Below are positions 1 to 8,346 of a stretch of DNA of 64,000 nt, piece after piece. The translations under genes were made by a program, and so were the position numbers. A model generated the notes under the pieces. The model had not been told where the DNA came from. It searched no databases and worked only from the letters and a program-made list of their open reading frames with translations. Each line of letters starts with the position of its first letter. Position 1 is the first letter of the stretch. Origin of the DNA: Candidatus Aenigmatarchaeota archaeon (GTDB lineage: Archaea > Aenigmatarchaeota > Aenigmatarchaeia > QMZP01); contig JACPNN010000001.1 of assembly GCA_016185435.1 (NCBI GenBank), positions 8,956 through 72,955 on the forward strand. The letters run 5' to 3'.

Positions 1-1
1 G

Positions 2-211
2 AAAAGGCTTGGAAGAAATGATTTGACGTTTATTCTGGACCATTCTGATGAAATGAAACAGGCTGATCTGGAAAAGCTTTCAAAACACAAGAACTGCATG
101 ATATACCCTCCTATAGCTTGCATCTCAAAGGAGGCCAGAGCGGCAAAACAGGAGATTTTTGCAGGCAATCTGGAAAACTTTCTTAATGGCCGGAAAACAA
201 ATTGTGTATGA
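2..211 (+). CDS. C-terminal fragment (5' end outside window) resembling D-isomer-specific 2-hydroxyacid dehydrogenase
   Basis: The frame is open from the window edge. The tail NCMIYPPIACISKEA...NLENFLNG..TNCV resembles the NvilTPHia..T.ea...N...f..G family C-terminus, but the expected His reads Pro (PPIA). Confidence 0.3.
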   Translation, partial: KRLGRNDLTFILDHSDEMKQADLEKLSKHKNCMIYPPIACISKEARAAKQEIFAGNLENFLNGRKTNCV

Positions 212-264
212 CCGCCGCATTTTTGAGGGATAACCAATATTAGAGGGCCTGTCTATTCTTAAGT

Positions 265-750
265 ATGCTGAAAGCTCTGGAGCCCATAGTTTCCGCTGTC
301 CTTCTTGTTTCCATTGTTCTCGTCGCCTCAGCTGCCGTAAGCATCTGGTATATAGGCTTTGTGAACAAGACTGTAAAGGGTGAGGCGGCCGGAATAACAG
401 AAAGCATTGAATGTGGGCAGGCAGGAATTGATTTTGACTCCGCCAGGGGCAGGGGCATAAGATGGGATTTTTCTGGCCCCAGAACTGGCGATTATCTTGA
501 TGTGTGGCTGTCAAACACAGGGTCTGTGAATCTTTACGGATTTTCTTTCGAAGTGCTTGCAGAGCAAAACGGAAACCTGGAGATTTTTATCTTCAGCCCT
601 GAGAACGATGCGACTATTGTTAACCCTCTGAAGCCCGGCCAGTCAAGGCTTTTCAGGGCAAAGATGACCGACGATGTCAGCGGGATGATGAAGAGCATTC
701 GTGTCTTGAATAGTATCTGCAGGAAGCTGGTTATTGAGAAGGTATTTTGA
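265..750 (+). CDS. archaeal type IV pilin-like protein (class III signal peptide)
   Basis: It has a short charged N-terminus (MLKA) followed by the hydrophobic helix LEPIVSAVLLVSIVLVASAAVSIWYIG, as in archaeal pilin or archaellin N-termini. It lies next to a pilus ATPase and platform operon. Confidence 0.6.
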   Translation: MLKALEPIVSAVLLVSIVLVASAAVSIWYIGFVNKTVKGEAAGITESIECGQAGIDFDSARGRGIRWDFSGPRTGDYLDVWLSNTGSVNLYGFSFEVLAEQNGNLEIFIFSPENDATIVNPLKPGQSRLFRAKMTDDVSGMMKSIRVLNSICRKLVIEKVF

Positions 751-834
751 CTGATTTCGCATTGAAATAATCGGCTTTTTCATATTCACAAAAAAAGGGA
801 AGGCGTATTTAATGCAGGCGAGAAAAAATAAAGG

Positions 835-1635
835 GTGAAGGACAAGCAGGCCCTCTTAGCGGCTGCCCTGATAACCATTGCCGCATTTATCCTTTCAAAT
901 GTGGATACCACAGGCCTCTTTTTGTCAGAATCCATTGTGGAGAGGGTTATTGACGGGGATACAATCGCCCTCAGGAATGGCGACAGGGTCAGGCTGCTTT
1001 CCATAGATACGCCGGAGAGGGGCCAATACTATTATACAGAGTCAAAGATTTTTCTGGAACGGCTTGTGGGAGGCAAGGGAATAAGGCTGGAGACGGATGC
1101 TGAAAACAAGGACAAGTATGGAAGGCTGCTGAGATATGTGTTTGCTGATGGCAGGCTTACCAATGTGGAGCTTGTCAGGGAAGGGTATGCGAGGTCATTG
1201 ATATTCAATAGCAATGAGAAGTATGCGAATGCCGTTTTAGAGGCTGAAAAGGAAGCCAAAAGCGAGGGAAAAGGCTTATGGGCTTTGGACCCGGAATATT
1301 TCTGCATCTATGCCTCTGCCTTCCATTTCAATGCGAAGGGAAATGACAACAGCAATCTGAATGATGAATATGTCATTTTCAAGAACAAATGCGGCATGGG
1401 AGTAGAAATGACTGGATGGATCGTACTGGAGTCTTCAAATGGCAGCTTTATCTTCCCCTTTCTCCTTCTTGCTTCAAGGCATACCATAACCCTGAGGTCG
1501 GGCAGGGGAGAAAATAATGCTACAGATCTTTTCTGGGGAAGCAAAAAGGCTGTATGGAACAACAATAAAGATGCCCTGAAGCTTATTGATCCGAAAGGGC
1601 GGATGATGCTGAACTATAGTTATGACTTTTCATAG
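835..1635 (+). CDS. membrane-anchored or secreted staphylococcal-type thermonuclease fused to a lamin-tail domain (LTD)
   Basis: SNase motifs are present: VIDGDTI..(R)VRLLSIDTPE, KYGRLLRYV, EGYAR and GKGLWA. The C-terminal NDEYVIFKN...TGW...LRSG...WNNNKDALKLIDP is LTD-like. There is an N-terminal TM or signal segment. The apparent start codon is GTG at 835. Confidence 0.8.
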   Translation: MKDKQALLAAALITIAAFILSNVDTTGLFLSESIVERVIDGDTIALRNGDRVRLLSIDTPERGQYYYTESKIFLERLVGGKGIRLETDAENKDKYGRLLRYVFADGRLTNVELVREGYARSLIFNSNEKYANAVLEAEKEAKSEGKGLWALDPEYFCIYASAFHFNAKGNDNSNLNDEYVIFKNKCGMGVEMTGWIVLESSNGSFIFPFLLLASRHTITLRSGRGENNATDLFWGSKKAVWNNNKDALKLIDPKGRMMLNYSYDFS

Positions 1636-1636
1636 A

Positions 1637-2566
1637 CTATTTTGGCAGCAGGCCTGACTTGGCCAGAAACATGAAAACTGACAGGCAGAGGGTGACCATG
1701 ATTATGCTGTGCTTGCTTCCTGCTGTTATCGAGTTCTCTCCTACCTGCCCCGCAATCAATCCAATCAGGACTGCCAGTATGAGGCTGACAGAAAAGAAAA
1801 GTGAAGTGTAGTACAAGGCTATGCCTTTTGGGATGTTTAGCAGGAGGCCTATCAGAGAGAAGAGATTGCAGGGAAAGGACGCAGAGTCCAGACATGGATC
1901 CGAGAAGCTGATGGATGTGCCTCCTGCCCTTATGTCAGGCTGGGTTTTTATCATCGGCACCATGACAAAGATAGTGACTACTGCTATGCCCAGAAACATG
2001 ATGAATATGCCATACATGGTCATAACCTGCTGCCTCATCATGCTCTCCCTTTCAGCCTCAATCTCTTTGAGCATAATCATATCTCTTGCTATGGAATCGA
2101 ATGTATTTGCAACTGCGCCGCCATTTTTATAGGCCTCTTTCATGACTGCTATGGCCTCTGTTATCATTCTGCTCCTTCTGACTTTTGCCGCAAAAATATC
2201 CATAGCGCGCTGGAAGTCTATTCCCCAGTTCATCTTGCTGGCCATCCTCTTCACTTCCTCCGTAAGCTTTCCATAATCGGATTTTGTTGCTATATTCAGG
2301 GCTTCCTTAAAAGACATGCCGGAACGTAAATTATCGGCCATGTTCCTCACGAATTTCGGAAACTGATCCTCTATGCTCTTCACCCACATGTAATAGGAAT
2401 ATTTATAAAGGAAAAATTGCACTATGAAAGCAAAAACTGATATAATGACAAGATTTATTATCAGGGCCGGATCGCCGATAACTATGCCTATAACTATGAG
2501 GAGGACAGAAAACACTGTCGTGCCGAGCATGATCTTCTGCCTTTTTTCGAGTTCTATTCTTGCCAT
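1637..2566 (-). CDS. type II secretion system F-domain (TadC/FlaJ-like) pilus platform membrane protein, single module
   Basis: The T2SSF-like helical segment is FPKFVRNMADNLRSGMSFKEALNIA...WGIDFQRAMDIFA, flanked by TM helices. It is the last gene of the ATPase operon. Confidence 0.7.
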   Translation of the reverse strand: MARIELEKRQKIMLGTTVFSVLLIVIGIVIGDPALIINLVIISVFAFIVQFFLYKYSYYMWVKSIEDQFPKFVRNMADNLRSGMSFKEALNIATKSDYGKLTEEVKRMASKMNWGIDFQRAMDIFAAKVRRSRMITEAIAVMKEAYKNGGAVANTFDSIARDMIMLKEIEAERESMMRQQVMTMYGIFIMFLGIAVVTIFVMVPMIKTQPDIRAGGTSISFSDPCLDSASFPCNLFSLIGLLLNIPKGIALYYTSLFFSVSLILAVLIGLIAGQVGENSITAGSKHSIIMVTLCLSVFMFLAKSGLLPK

Positions 2567-2571
2567 ATTTA

Positions 2572-3429
2572 TCAGTCTGTGGGCGATATGTTCTTCAGCA
2601 GCATGATGAATCCTATTGAAACCAGGGGAACAACAAAGAACACCAGAAATGTCTGGAGCAGGAGGACGCTTATGCCTGTAAGGGGGGACATGATTGCAGT
2701 AAGGATTATGAAGAAGAGGCTGCCGACGATGATGAGCGTGATATATATTTCTGTATACAGGGCAAGTTGTTTGGCATATTCGTTCAGATTCCTTCTGTAA
2801 GTATTCATGAGGGACTGGGTTTTTGTTTCAAGATATTCCTCAAGGTTTCCGCCTGATGTGATCACTGACGACATCCCCCACAAAAGGTCGGCAAAGTCAG
2901 GGCTTGCAGAATTTTCAGCCGCTTTCTGGATTGCATGATTCAAATTTACTCCCAGGCTTTTCGCATTGGTGTATATCTTCTTTGCCTCCTCGCCTATAAC
3001 TCCTTTTCTCAGGGACAATACCCTGAATATTTCTATTGGGTTTATGCCTGAACTGGCAGTAGTGGTCATGTAGAAGGAGGCGAAAGGCACTTGCCTGTCT
3101 ATCTCCTTCCGAATGCTTGAAGCCTTAAGGCCGGGATAATAATAGCCTCCCACCAATACGATACATGACAAAACAATAGCCAGCTCAACGCTGAAGCTGA
3201 AGAAAAATGCCTCAGAGCCTTCCTGCTGGAAAGTAAGGAGGAAGAAAAGAAGGAATGAAAAAAATGTTACAGGAAATGCCAGAAGAGCAAGGAAAAGAAC
3301 CATGCTGATGTACTGGACAACATTGTAGTTGAGTCTGGCTCTTTTAATGTTAAGCTTGACGCGGTCGAAGTTATCGCTATATCGTTCAACGATGCTGCCG
3401 AAAAGCTGCACAGCTGTCTTTGCTAGCAT
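2572..3429 (-). CDS. type II secretion system F-domain (TadB/FlaJ-like) pilus platform membrane protein, single module
   Basis: It has TM helices plus GINPIEIFRVLS...EEAKKIYTNAKSLGVNLNHAIQKAAENSASPDFADLLWGM, which is typical of T2SSF. Only 5 nt separate it from the next platform gene. Confidence 0.7.
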   Translation of the reverse strand: MLAKTAVQLFGSIVERYSDNFDRVKLNIKRARLNYNVVQYISMVLFLALLAFPVTFFSFLLFFLLTFQQEGSEAFFFSFSVELAIVLSCIVLVGGYYYPGLKASSIRKEIDRQVPFASFYMTTTASSGINPIEIFRVLSLRKGVIGEEAKKIYTNAKSLGVNLNHAIQKAAENSASPDFADLLWGMSSVITSGGNLEEYLETKTQSLMNTYRRNLNEYAKQLALYTEIYITLIIVGSLFFIILTAIMSPLTGISVLLLQTFLVFFVVPLVSIGFIMLLKNISPTD

Positions 3430-3536
3430 GTTACTTAAAATTAGCTTTTCTTGCTAATTAAAGTGAGACAAATGTTGATTATGTTCATATTCCATATTTC
3501 TTCATGAAAGCATGGCAAGCTCTTCTTGCACGAGCA

Positions 3537-5360
3537 CTATCTCTCCAGAATCATGTCGATGATTTTTGAAGGGTCTGAATAATATGTATGGATTACCCTG
3601 CCAACGTCCCTGTAGTCGTAAATGCCCTGTTTGTACATCCAGTCAAGTATCATTCTCCTCCTTAATATCTCTTCCCTTATCTGCTCCTCTGTCTTTCCGC
3701 TTCGTCTCGCTATCTTGTGAAGCACTAATGACTCGCCCTTTGGCTCAAACTTGTCTTCCGGGGGGTTCCATTCAAATATCTTCCTTGTAACAGGCCTCTC
3801 ATTCTCTATGCCTTCCATTTCGAATATTGCGTCTGCTTTCCTTACGTCCATGTCGTTCGAGCGGGACATTACGAGGAAAACAACTATATCTATGTTCTCC
3901 AGAAGCCTTGCCGGCAGGTTAATAGGGGGGGTGACAAGCCTGTCAACAAGCTGTTCCATTGTTGCGGCATGTATGGTCGCCATTGCAGCATGGCCCGTAG
4001 CTATCTGCTGGAAAAGAACAAAGGCTTCTTTGCCCCTCACCTCTCCCAATATTATGTAGTCGGGCCTCTGCCTCAGGCTTGCCTTAAGGAGATCAAACAG
4101 GGTGACTTCCCCAACCTTCTCTTTTACAGAAAGGGGGGAGCGGGCCACATGAGGTATCCAGTGGGTTAAAGGAAGCCTCAATTCGGCAGTATCCTCTATG
4201 CTGATTATCTTGAGGGTGGGCCTGATAAAAAGGGATAATGCATTGAGAAGGCTTGTTTTTCCTGTTGCGGTTCCGCCTGAAATAAGCACTGACTGTCCAT
4301 GCTCTACAGCAAGCCAGAGGTATGCAAGCTCAAGACTTGACATAGTTCTGTATTTTACCATGTGGGTTGGCGTCAGGGGGAGGTCGGAAAACTTTCTTAT
4401 GGTGAAGTTGCTTCCTCTCCTTGCTATGTCTGAGCCCATGGTGGCCTGCACCCTGCTCCCGTCCGGCAGGGAGCCGTCAAGCAATGGCTCTGCTATAGAT
4501 ATGGTCTTGTTGCATTTCTGCGCAAGGATTGTTATAAAGGAGTCAATCTCTTCCTTTGTTTCAAAAGATATGTTGGTCTGCAGGGAGCCAAACCTGGGGT
4601 TCCTGTGATACACGAATATTGGTATGCCAATGCCATCTGCTGATATATCCTCGATGTTGGGATCGTGAATTAGAGGCTCGATTTTTCCAAGGCCCAGAAT
4701 ATCCCTTTCGATGTAATAGGAGAGTATAATTTGTCTTCCTTGGTCTATATTTATCCTTAGATCGTAGAATGCCTTCGCAATTTCCTGTTTAAGAAGGCTC
4801 TTGGCTTCGACAGCCCCGATTCTGGAAATATCAATCTCGAGCCTTTCCTCAAGTCTTCTTTTAATGCTCTCGATCATAGACCATTCTTGCTGGCTGACTG
4901 AAGGCTCAAGGATTTTGTAGACAAATTTCCTCTCCTTCATGTCTCTTTGCACATCGGCATAGGCAAATACCAGATCTCCCTTCTTTGGCGAGGCAGGGAT
5001 AAGCGGATAGGAAAGATTTATAGGCTCACTTTCATCCTCTTGAATGGCTCTTGATATTGTGAGCCTCTCAGGCAGCTCTGTGATGCTGATGCCTTCGATT
5101 TTTTCACTCCTGGCTCTCTGGCCCTCTGGCTGGGGGAGCTGCCCATAGGGGACAGGTATGTAATAAGCAGAAACATGCCTTTCGGTTATTCTTTCTGGCC
5201 CTCCTTCTTCCCTTTCTGCACGACTGCTCATGATGTTTTGCTTGAATCTGCCAGATTTCTCGGATATTTCTTCTGGCTCGTCTTCGGACTGGGCCCTGCT
5301 GCCTTTGGCAATGCCTCTTTTGAACCTGCTGACCAGCCCTTTTGATGTGATTTCGCCCAT
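3537..5360 (-). CDS. type II/IV secretion ATPase (FlaI/TadA/VirB11-like pilus assembly ATPase)
   Basis: Walker A is GGTATGKTSLLNAL. IEDTAELRL, the RQRPDYIILGEVRG Asp/His-box region and a FlaI-like N-domain are present. I prefer the ATG at 5360 (MGEITSK). The longer ORF to 5465 has no supporting similarity. Confidence 0.85.
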   Translation of the reverse strand: MGEITSKGLVSRFKRGIAKGSRAQSEDEPEEISEKSGRFKQNIMSSRAEREEGGPERITERHVSAYYIPVPYGQLPQPEGQRARSEKIEGISITELPERLTISRAIQEDESEPINLSYPLIPASPKKGDLVFAYADVQRDMKERKFVYKILEPSVSQQEWSMIESIKRRLEERLEIDISRIGAVEAKSLLKQEIAKAFYDLRINIDQGRQIILSYYIERDILGLGKIEPLIHDPNIEDISADGIGIPIFVYHRNPRFGSLQTNISFETKEEIDSFITILAQKCNKTISIAEPLLDGSLPDGSRVQATMGSDIARRGSNFTIRKFSDLPLTPTHMVKYRTMSSLELAYLWLAVEHGQSVLISGGTATGKTSLLNALSLFIRPTLKIISIEDTAELRLPLTHWIPHVARSPLSVKEKVGEVTLFDLLKASLRQRPDYIILGEVRGKEAFVLFQQIATGHAAMATIHAATMEQLVDRLVTPPINLPARLLENIDIVVFLVMSRSNDMDVRKADAIFEMEGIENERPVTRKIFEWNPPEDKFEPKGESLVLHKIARRSGKTEEQIREEILRRRMILDWMYKQGIYDYRDVGRVIHTYYSDPSKIIDMILER

Positions 5361-5505
5361 AGCCTGCAATATTATATTTGGGGTTTCTATATTAAATCGA
5401 TAAGTTGACCATACAGGCGCTGATTGAAAGGAATGACTGTAAAAGGTCAAAAAACAGGCAGCCAAAAGCTAGTATTTTCTGCTGTTGGAGCAAAGGTGTC
5501 TGGGC

Positions 5506-6063
5506 ATGAATATAGAAATGGGCGACCTTAAAAGGGCTGGAGTGAGGAGGAAGCTTAAAGGAATGATTCTGGATGGTTTAATCTTCGCCTATCCGACTGA
5601 CACTGTGTATGGCATAGGCTGCAACGCCCTGATAGGCAAAAGCGTGGAAAGGATAAGAAAGCTGAAGGGAAGCCGGCAGCCTTTTTCTGTAATTGCTCCT
5701 TCAAAGGAGTGGATTGAAAGGCATGTGATTATAAAGAAGCGGCATAGAAGATATCTTGACCTCCTGCCTGGTCCATATACGATCATTCTAGAGAAGAAAA
5801 ATAAAAGATTTCTGAAAAAAGCCAGCCCATTGGATACTTTGGGAATAAGAATTCCCCGGCATCCCTTTTCCATGCTTGTGTCTGAAGCAGGGGTGCCATT
5901 TATTACGACATCAGCTAACAGGCATGGGAAGAGAGCAGCTTCAGAAATAAAAGGGGATAAGATTCCAAAGGCCGATATAATTATCAATGGCGGAAGGCTT
6001 TCTGGAAAGCCGTCAATCATCATTGACCTCACAAGCAGAAGGGCAAAAATATTAAGGCGATAG
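5506..6063 (+). CDS. tsaC: L-threonylcarbamoyladenylate synthase, YrdC/Sua5-domain only
   Basis: YPTDTVYGIGCNA, KGSRQPFSVI, LLPGPYTIIL, LGIRIP.HP and ITTSANRHG are all YrdC-family motifs. The first ATG is at 5506; the tracked start at 5485 is TTG. Confidence 0.85.
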   Translation: MNIEMGDLKRAGVRRKLKGMILDGLIFAYPTDTVYGIGCNALIGKSVERIRKLKGSRQPFSVIAPSKEWIERHVIIKKRHRRYLDLLPGPYTIILEKKNKRFLKKASPLDTLGIRIPRHPFSMLVSEAGVPFITTSANRHGKRAASEIKGDKIPKADIIINGGRLSGKPSIIIDLTSRRAKILRR

Positions 6064-6102
6064 CGGCATAGCGGCATCCTGCTTGGAAAAGGCTCTTTAT
6101 AA
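6061..6102 (+). promoter_or_regulatory. copy 1 of the TAGCGGCATAGCGGC direct-repeat motif followed by CTTGG and a TTTATA box
   Basis: TAGCGGCATAGCGGC is at 6061-6075 and overlaps the tsaC stop codon. CTTGG follows 6 nt later and TTTATAA is at 6096-6102. Copies at 17081 and 17288 have the same architecture. Confidence 0.4.
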
Positions 6103-6330
6103 GGGAAAACAAGATTGGATTAGATGGCATTTTTAGTCCGGCTTGAGCCTTGTGCCCTGCCGGACTTTGGCCTTCGTATAGAGGGCTAAGAAAGGCTTAA
6201 ATATAGGCCTGCTAAAGTAATACAACTGATGTCTGCTGAACATGTATCCGTGTGCCATAGACATATGGCCAAATCATGTAAATGCGGACCCATCTGCTGA
6301 AAGGCAGATTATACACACGGAGGTAAAAAA

Positions 6331-6585
6331 ATGGCAGAGGAAAAGACAGAGGAAAAGGTTGAGTTCCAGGTCATAAAGGCCGAGGAAATCAAGTTCGGTA
6401 GAAACAACTTTTTCGAAATAGCCAGGAAGAAGGCAGTCACTCCTGACGGGGAGAATGAGTTCATTTCTGTCAGCAGGGGCTTCTATTTGCCTGACGGAAG
6501 CAAACGCTTCAAAGGAAAAAGCATAGCCATACCGAATGACAAAGAGATAAAGGAAGCTGTGGCCAAGAAGATCAAGGAGATATAG
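6331..6585 (+). CDS. small conserved-looking protein, tentatively PC4/YdbC-like ssDNA-binding fold
   Basis: A strong GGAGGT sits 7 nt upstream of the ATG and a T-rich tract follows the stop. The pattern EFQVIKAEEI.F.RNNFFEI....V...NEFISVSRGFYLPDG.KRFKGKSIAIP resembles the PC4/YdbC beta-sheet repeat. The family assignment is weak. Confidence 0.4.
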   Translation: MAEEKTEEKVEFQVIKAEEIKFGRNNFFEIARKKAVTPDGENEFISVSRGFYLPDGSKRFKGKSIAIPNDKEIKEAVAKKIKEI

Positions 6586-6596
6586 GCCTGCAGGGC

Positions 6597-6622
6597 TTCT
6601 ATTGTTTTTTATTTTCTTTCCT
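6597..6622 (+). terminator. T-rich tract after the 84-aa gene
   Basis: CTTCTATTGTTTTTTATTTTCTTTCC lies immediately downstream of the stop, and archaeal terminators are oligo-T tracts. Coordinates are approximate. Confidence 0.4.
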
Positions 6623-6657
6623 GAATTCTTTTTATTCCCATCCCAGCAATTAGTTTC

Positions 6658-8325
6658 ATGGCATTGCATGACATCGAAAGGCTTGCAAAGGCCTTTGCCA
6701 TTCAGAACGCTGTCGGGCATGATGGCAAGGCCAGCACCAAGGCTGTTATAGGCAGGATTGTTTCTGAAAGGCCTGAGGCGAGGAAGGATATAGGCAAGAT
6801 AATCCCTGTTATTGGGAAAATAGTGAATGATATCAATTCCCTTTCTATAGAGGAACAGAAAAAAGAGTTGGAGAGGCTTCCTGAGGGGATTTTTGAAGAG
6901 AAAGAGAGGCGGCAGGAGCTGCCGGAGCTGCCAAAGGCTGCCATGGGAAAGGTGAAGACAAGGTTTGCGCCTGCGCCCACAGGCCCCCTTCACATTTCTC
7001 ATATTCTCAGGGCCGCATACCTCAGCTACCTCTATGCGAGGAAATACAAAGGGAAGTTCATGCTGAGGCTTGAGGACACAGACCCGAAAAAGGTGTCGAA
7101 GGAATTTTACGATTTTATACAGCAGGATCTTAAGTCTGTGGGGATTGAATGGGACGAATTTGTGATAGAAAGCAGCCATGTGGAGGAATATCTGAGGCTG
7201 GCAAGGAGGCTCATAGAAGAAGGGAAAGCGTATGTCTGCACATGTGCAGCTGAGGCATTCAGGGAATTGAAGGAGAAAAAAAAGGCTTGCCCCTGCAGAA
7301 ATCTTGAAAAAAAACGGCATGACTTCAGATGGGAAAGCATGCTCACAGGAAAATACAAGGAAGGCGAGGCTGTTTTGAGGCTGAAAACAAGCATGAGGGA
7401 TAAGAATCCTGTATTGAGGGACCCTCCCCTGATGAGGATTGTTGGGGCTGAGCATCCTTTGCTTGGGAAAAAATACAGAGTTTGGCCTCTCTATAACTTC
7501 GCATGCGTTGTGGAGGACCATGCAGCAGGCATAACCCATGTTTTCCGTGCCAAGGAACATGAGCACAATACTGCGGTACAGGCAAAGGTGTATGATGCTT
7601 TCGGATTGAAGCGGCCTGAGGTGATAAATTTTGGGATGATACATCTCCCAGGGAAAAAGCTGCACAAGAGGGATATGAGAAAGGCCATTGCTGAAGGGGC
7701 AGTAGGAGGCTGGGATGATGTCAGTCTGCCTACAATAAGGGCTCTTATAAGAAGAGGTTTCCAGCCTAAAGCCTTTGAAGAGCTGGCCAAGAACACAGGA
7801 CTGACAAAAACTGACATTGTCCTCAGTTGGGAAAATCTTGAAGGAATAAACAGGAAGATTATAGACCCGATGGCAAACAGATATATGGCGGTCATCAATC
7901 CTGTGAAGCTGGTTGTGGATGCTGATATTCCTTCTGCTGAGATGCATGTGCACCCTGATTTTCCGGACAGGGGAAAGAGGATAATTGCTGTAGACACAAA
8001 AAGCATCTTCATTTCCCAGGAAGATTACCGGAAATTCAAAGGAAAGGTTATAAGGCTTATCGGATTTGGGAACATATCTCTCAAAGGCGAAGCGGCAGCA
8101 TTTGAAGGGGATGGGATTGTGAAAGAGATGCCCAAGATACAATTCGTTTCGAGGCCGTTTGCAGAGGTGGAGATATTAAGGCCTGATGGCACGGACAGGG
8201 GATATGGGGAGGAGGCTCTTAAAAGGCTTCCGGAAGGCGCTGTCGTACACCTTATCAGGATTGGCTTTGGGAGGATAGACGGGATTGAAGGGAATAAAGT
8301 AAGGATTGCCTTTGCTCATAAATGA
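6658..8325 (+). CDS. gltX: glutamyl-tRNA synthetase, archaeal type
   Basis: RFAPAPTGPLHISH is the HIGH motif, followed by LRLEDTDP. The N-terminal roughly 95 aa (AIQNAVGHDGKASTKAVIGRIVSERPE) match the archaeal GluRS leader domain. Confidence 0.9.
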   Translation: MALHDIERLAKAFAIQNAVGHDGKASTKAVIGRIVSERPEARKDIGKIIPVIGKIVNDINSLSIEEQKKELERLPEGIFEEKERRQELPELPKAAMGKVKTRFAPAPTGPLHISHILRAAYLSYLYARKYKGKFMLRLEDTDPKKVSKEFYDFIQQDLKSVGIEWDEFVIESSHVEEYLRLARRLIEEGKAYVCTCAAEAFRELKEKKKACPCRNLEKKRHDFRWESMLTGKYKEGEAVLRLKTSMRDKNPVLRDPPLMRIVGAEHPLLGKKYRVWPLYNFACVVEDHAAGITHVFRAKEHEHNTAVQAKVYDAFGLKRPEVINFGMIHLPGKKLHKRDMRKAIAEGAVGGWDDVSLPTIRALIRRGFQPKAFEELAKNTGLTKTDIVLSWENLEGINRKIIDPMANRYMAVINPVKLVVDADIPSAEMHVHPDFPDRGKRIIAVDTKSIFISQEDYRKFKGKVIRLIGFGNISLKGEAAAFEGDGIVKEMPKIQFVSRPFAEVEILRPDGTDRGYGEEALKRLPEGAVVHLIRIGFGRIDGIEGNKVRIAFAHK

Positions 8326-8346
8326 ACATCAGCCAGCTCTTTATGG

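Noticed and set aside
3537-5465. Longer 642-aa version of the ATPase starting at 5465
   Set aside because: The extra 35 residues (MAACFLTFYSHSF...) are hydrophobic and Cys-rich with no similarity. They would leave only 40 nt to the divergent tsaC ATG at 5506, and the internal ATG at 5360 is preceded by an A/T-rich TATA-like stretch.
6274-8142. 622-aa ORF on the minus strand
   Set aside because: It lies entirely antisense to the well-supported GluRS gene. It is Cys/Phe/Leu/Pro-rich with no recognisable motif, as expected of a shadow frame opposite a purine-rich coding strand.
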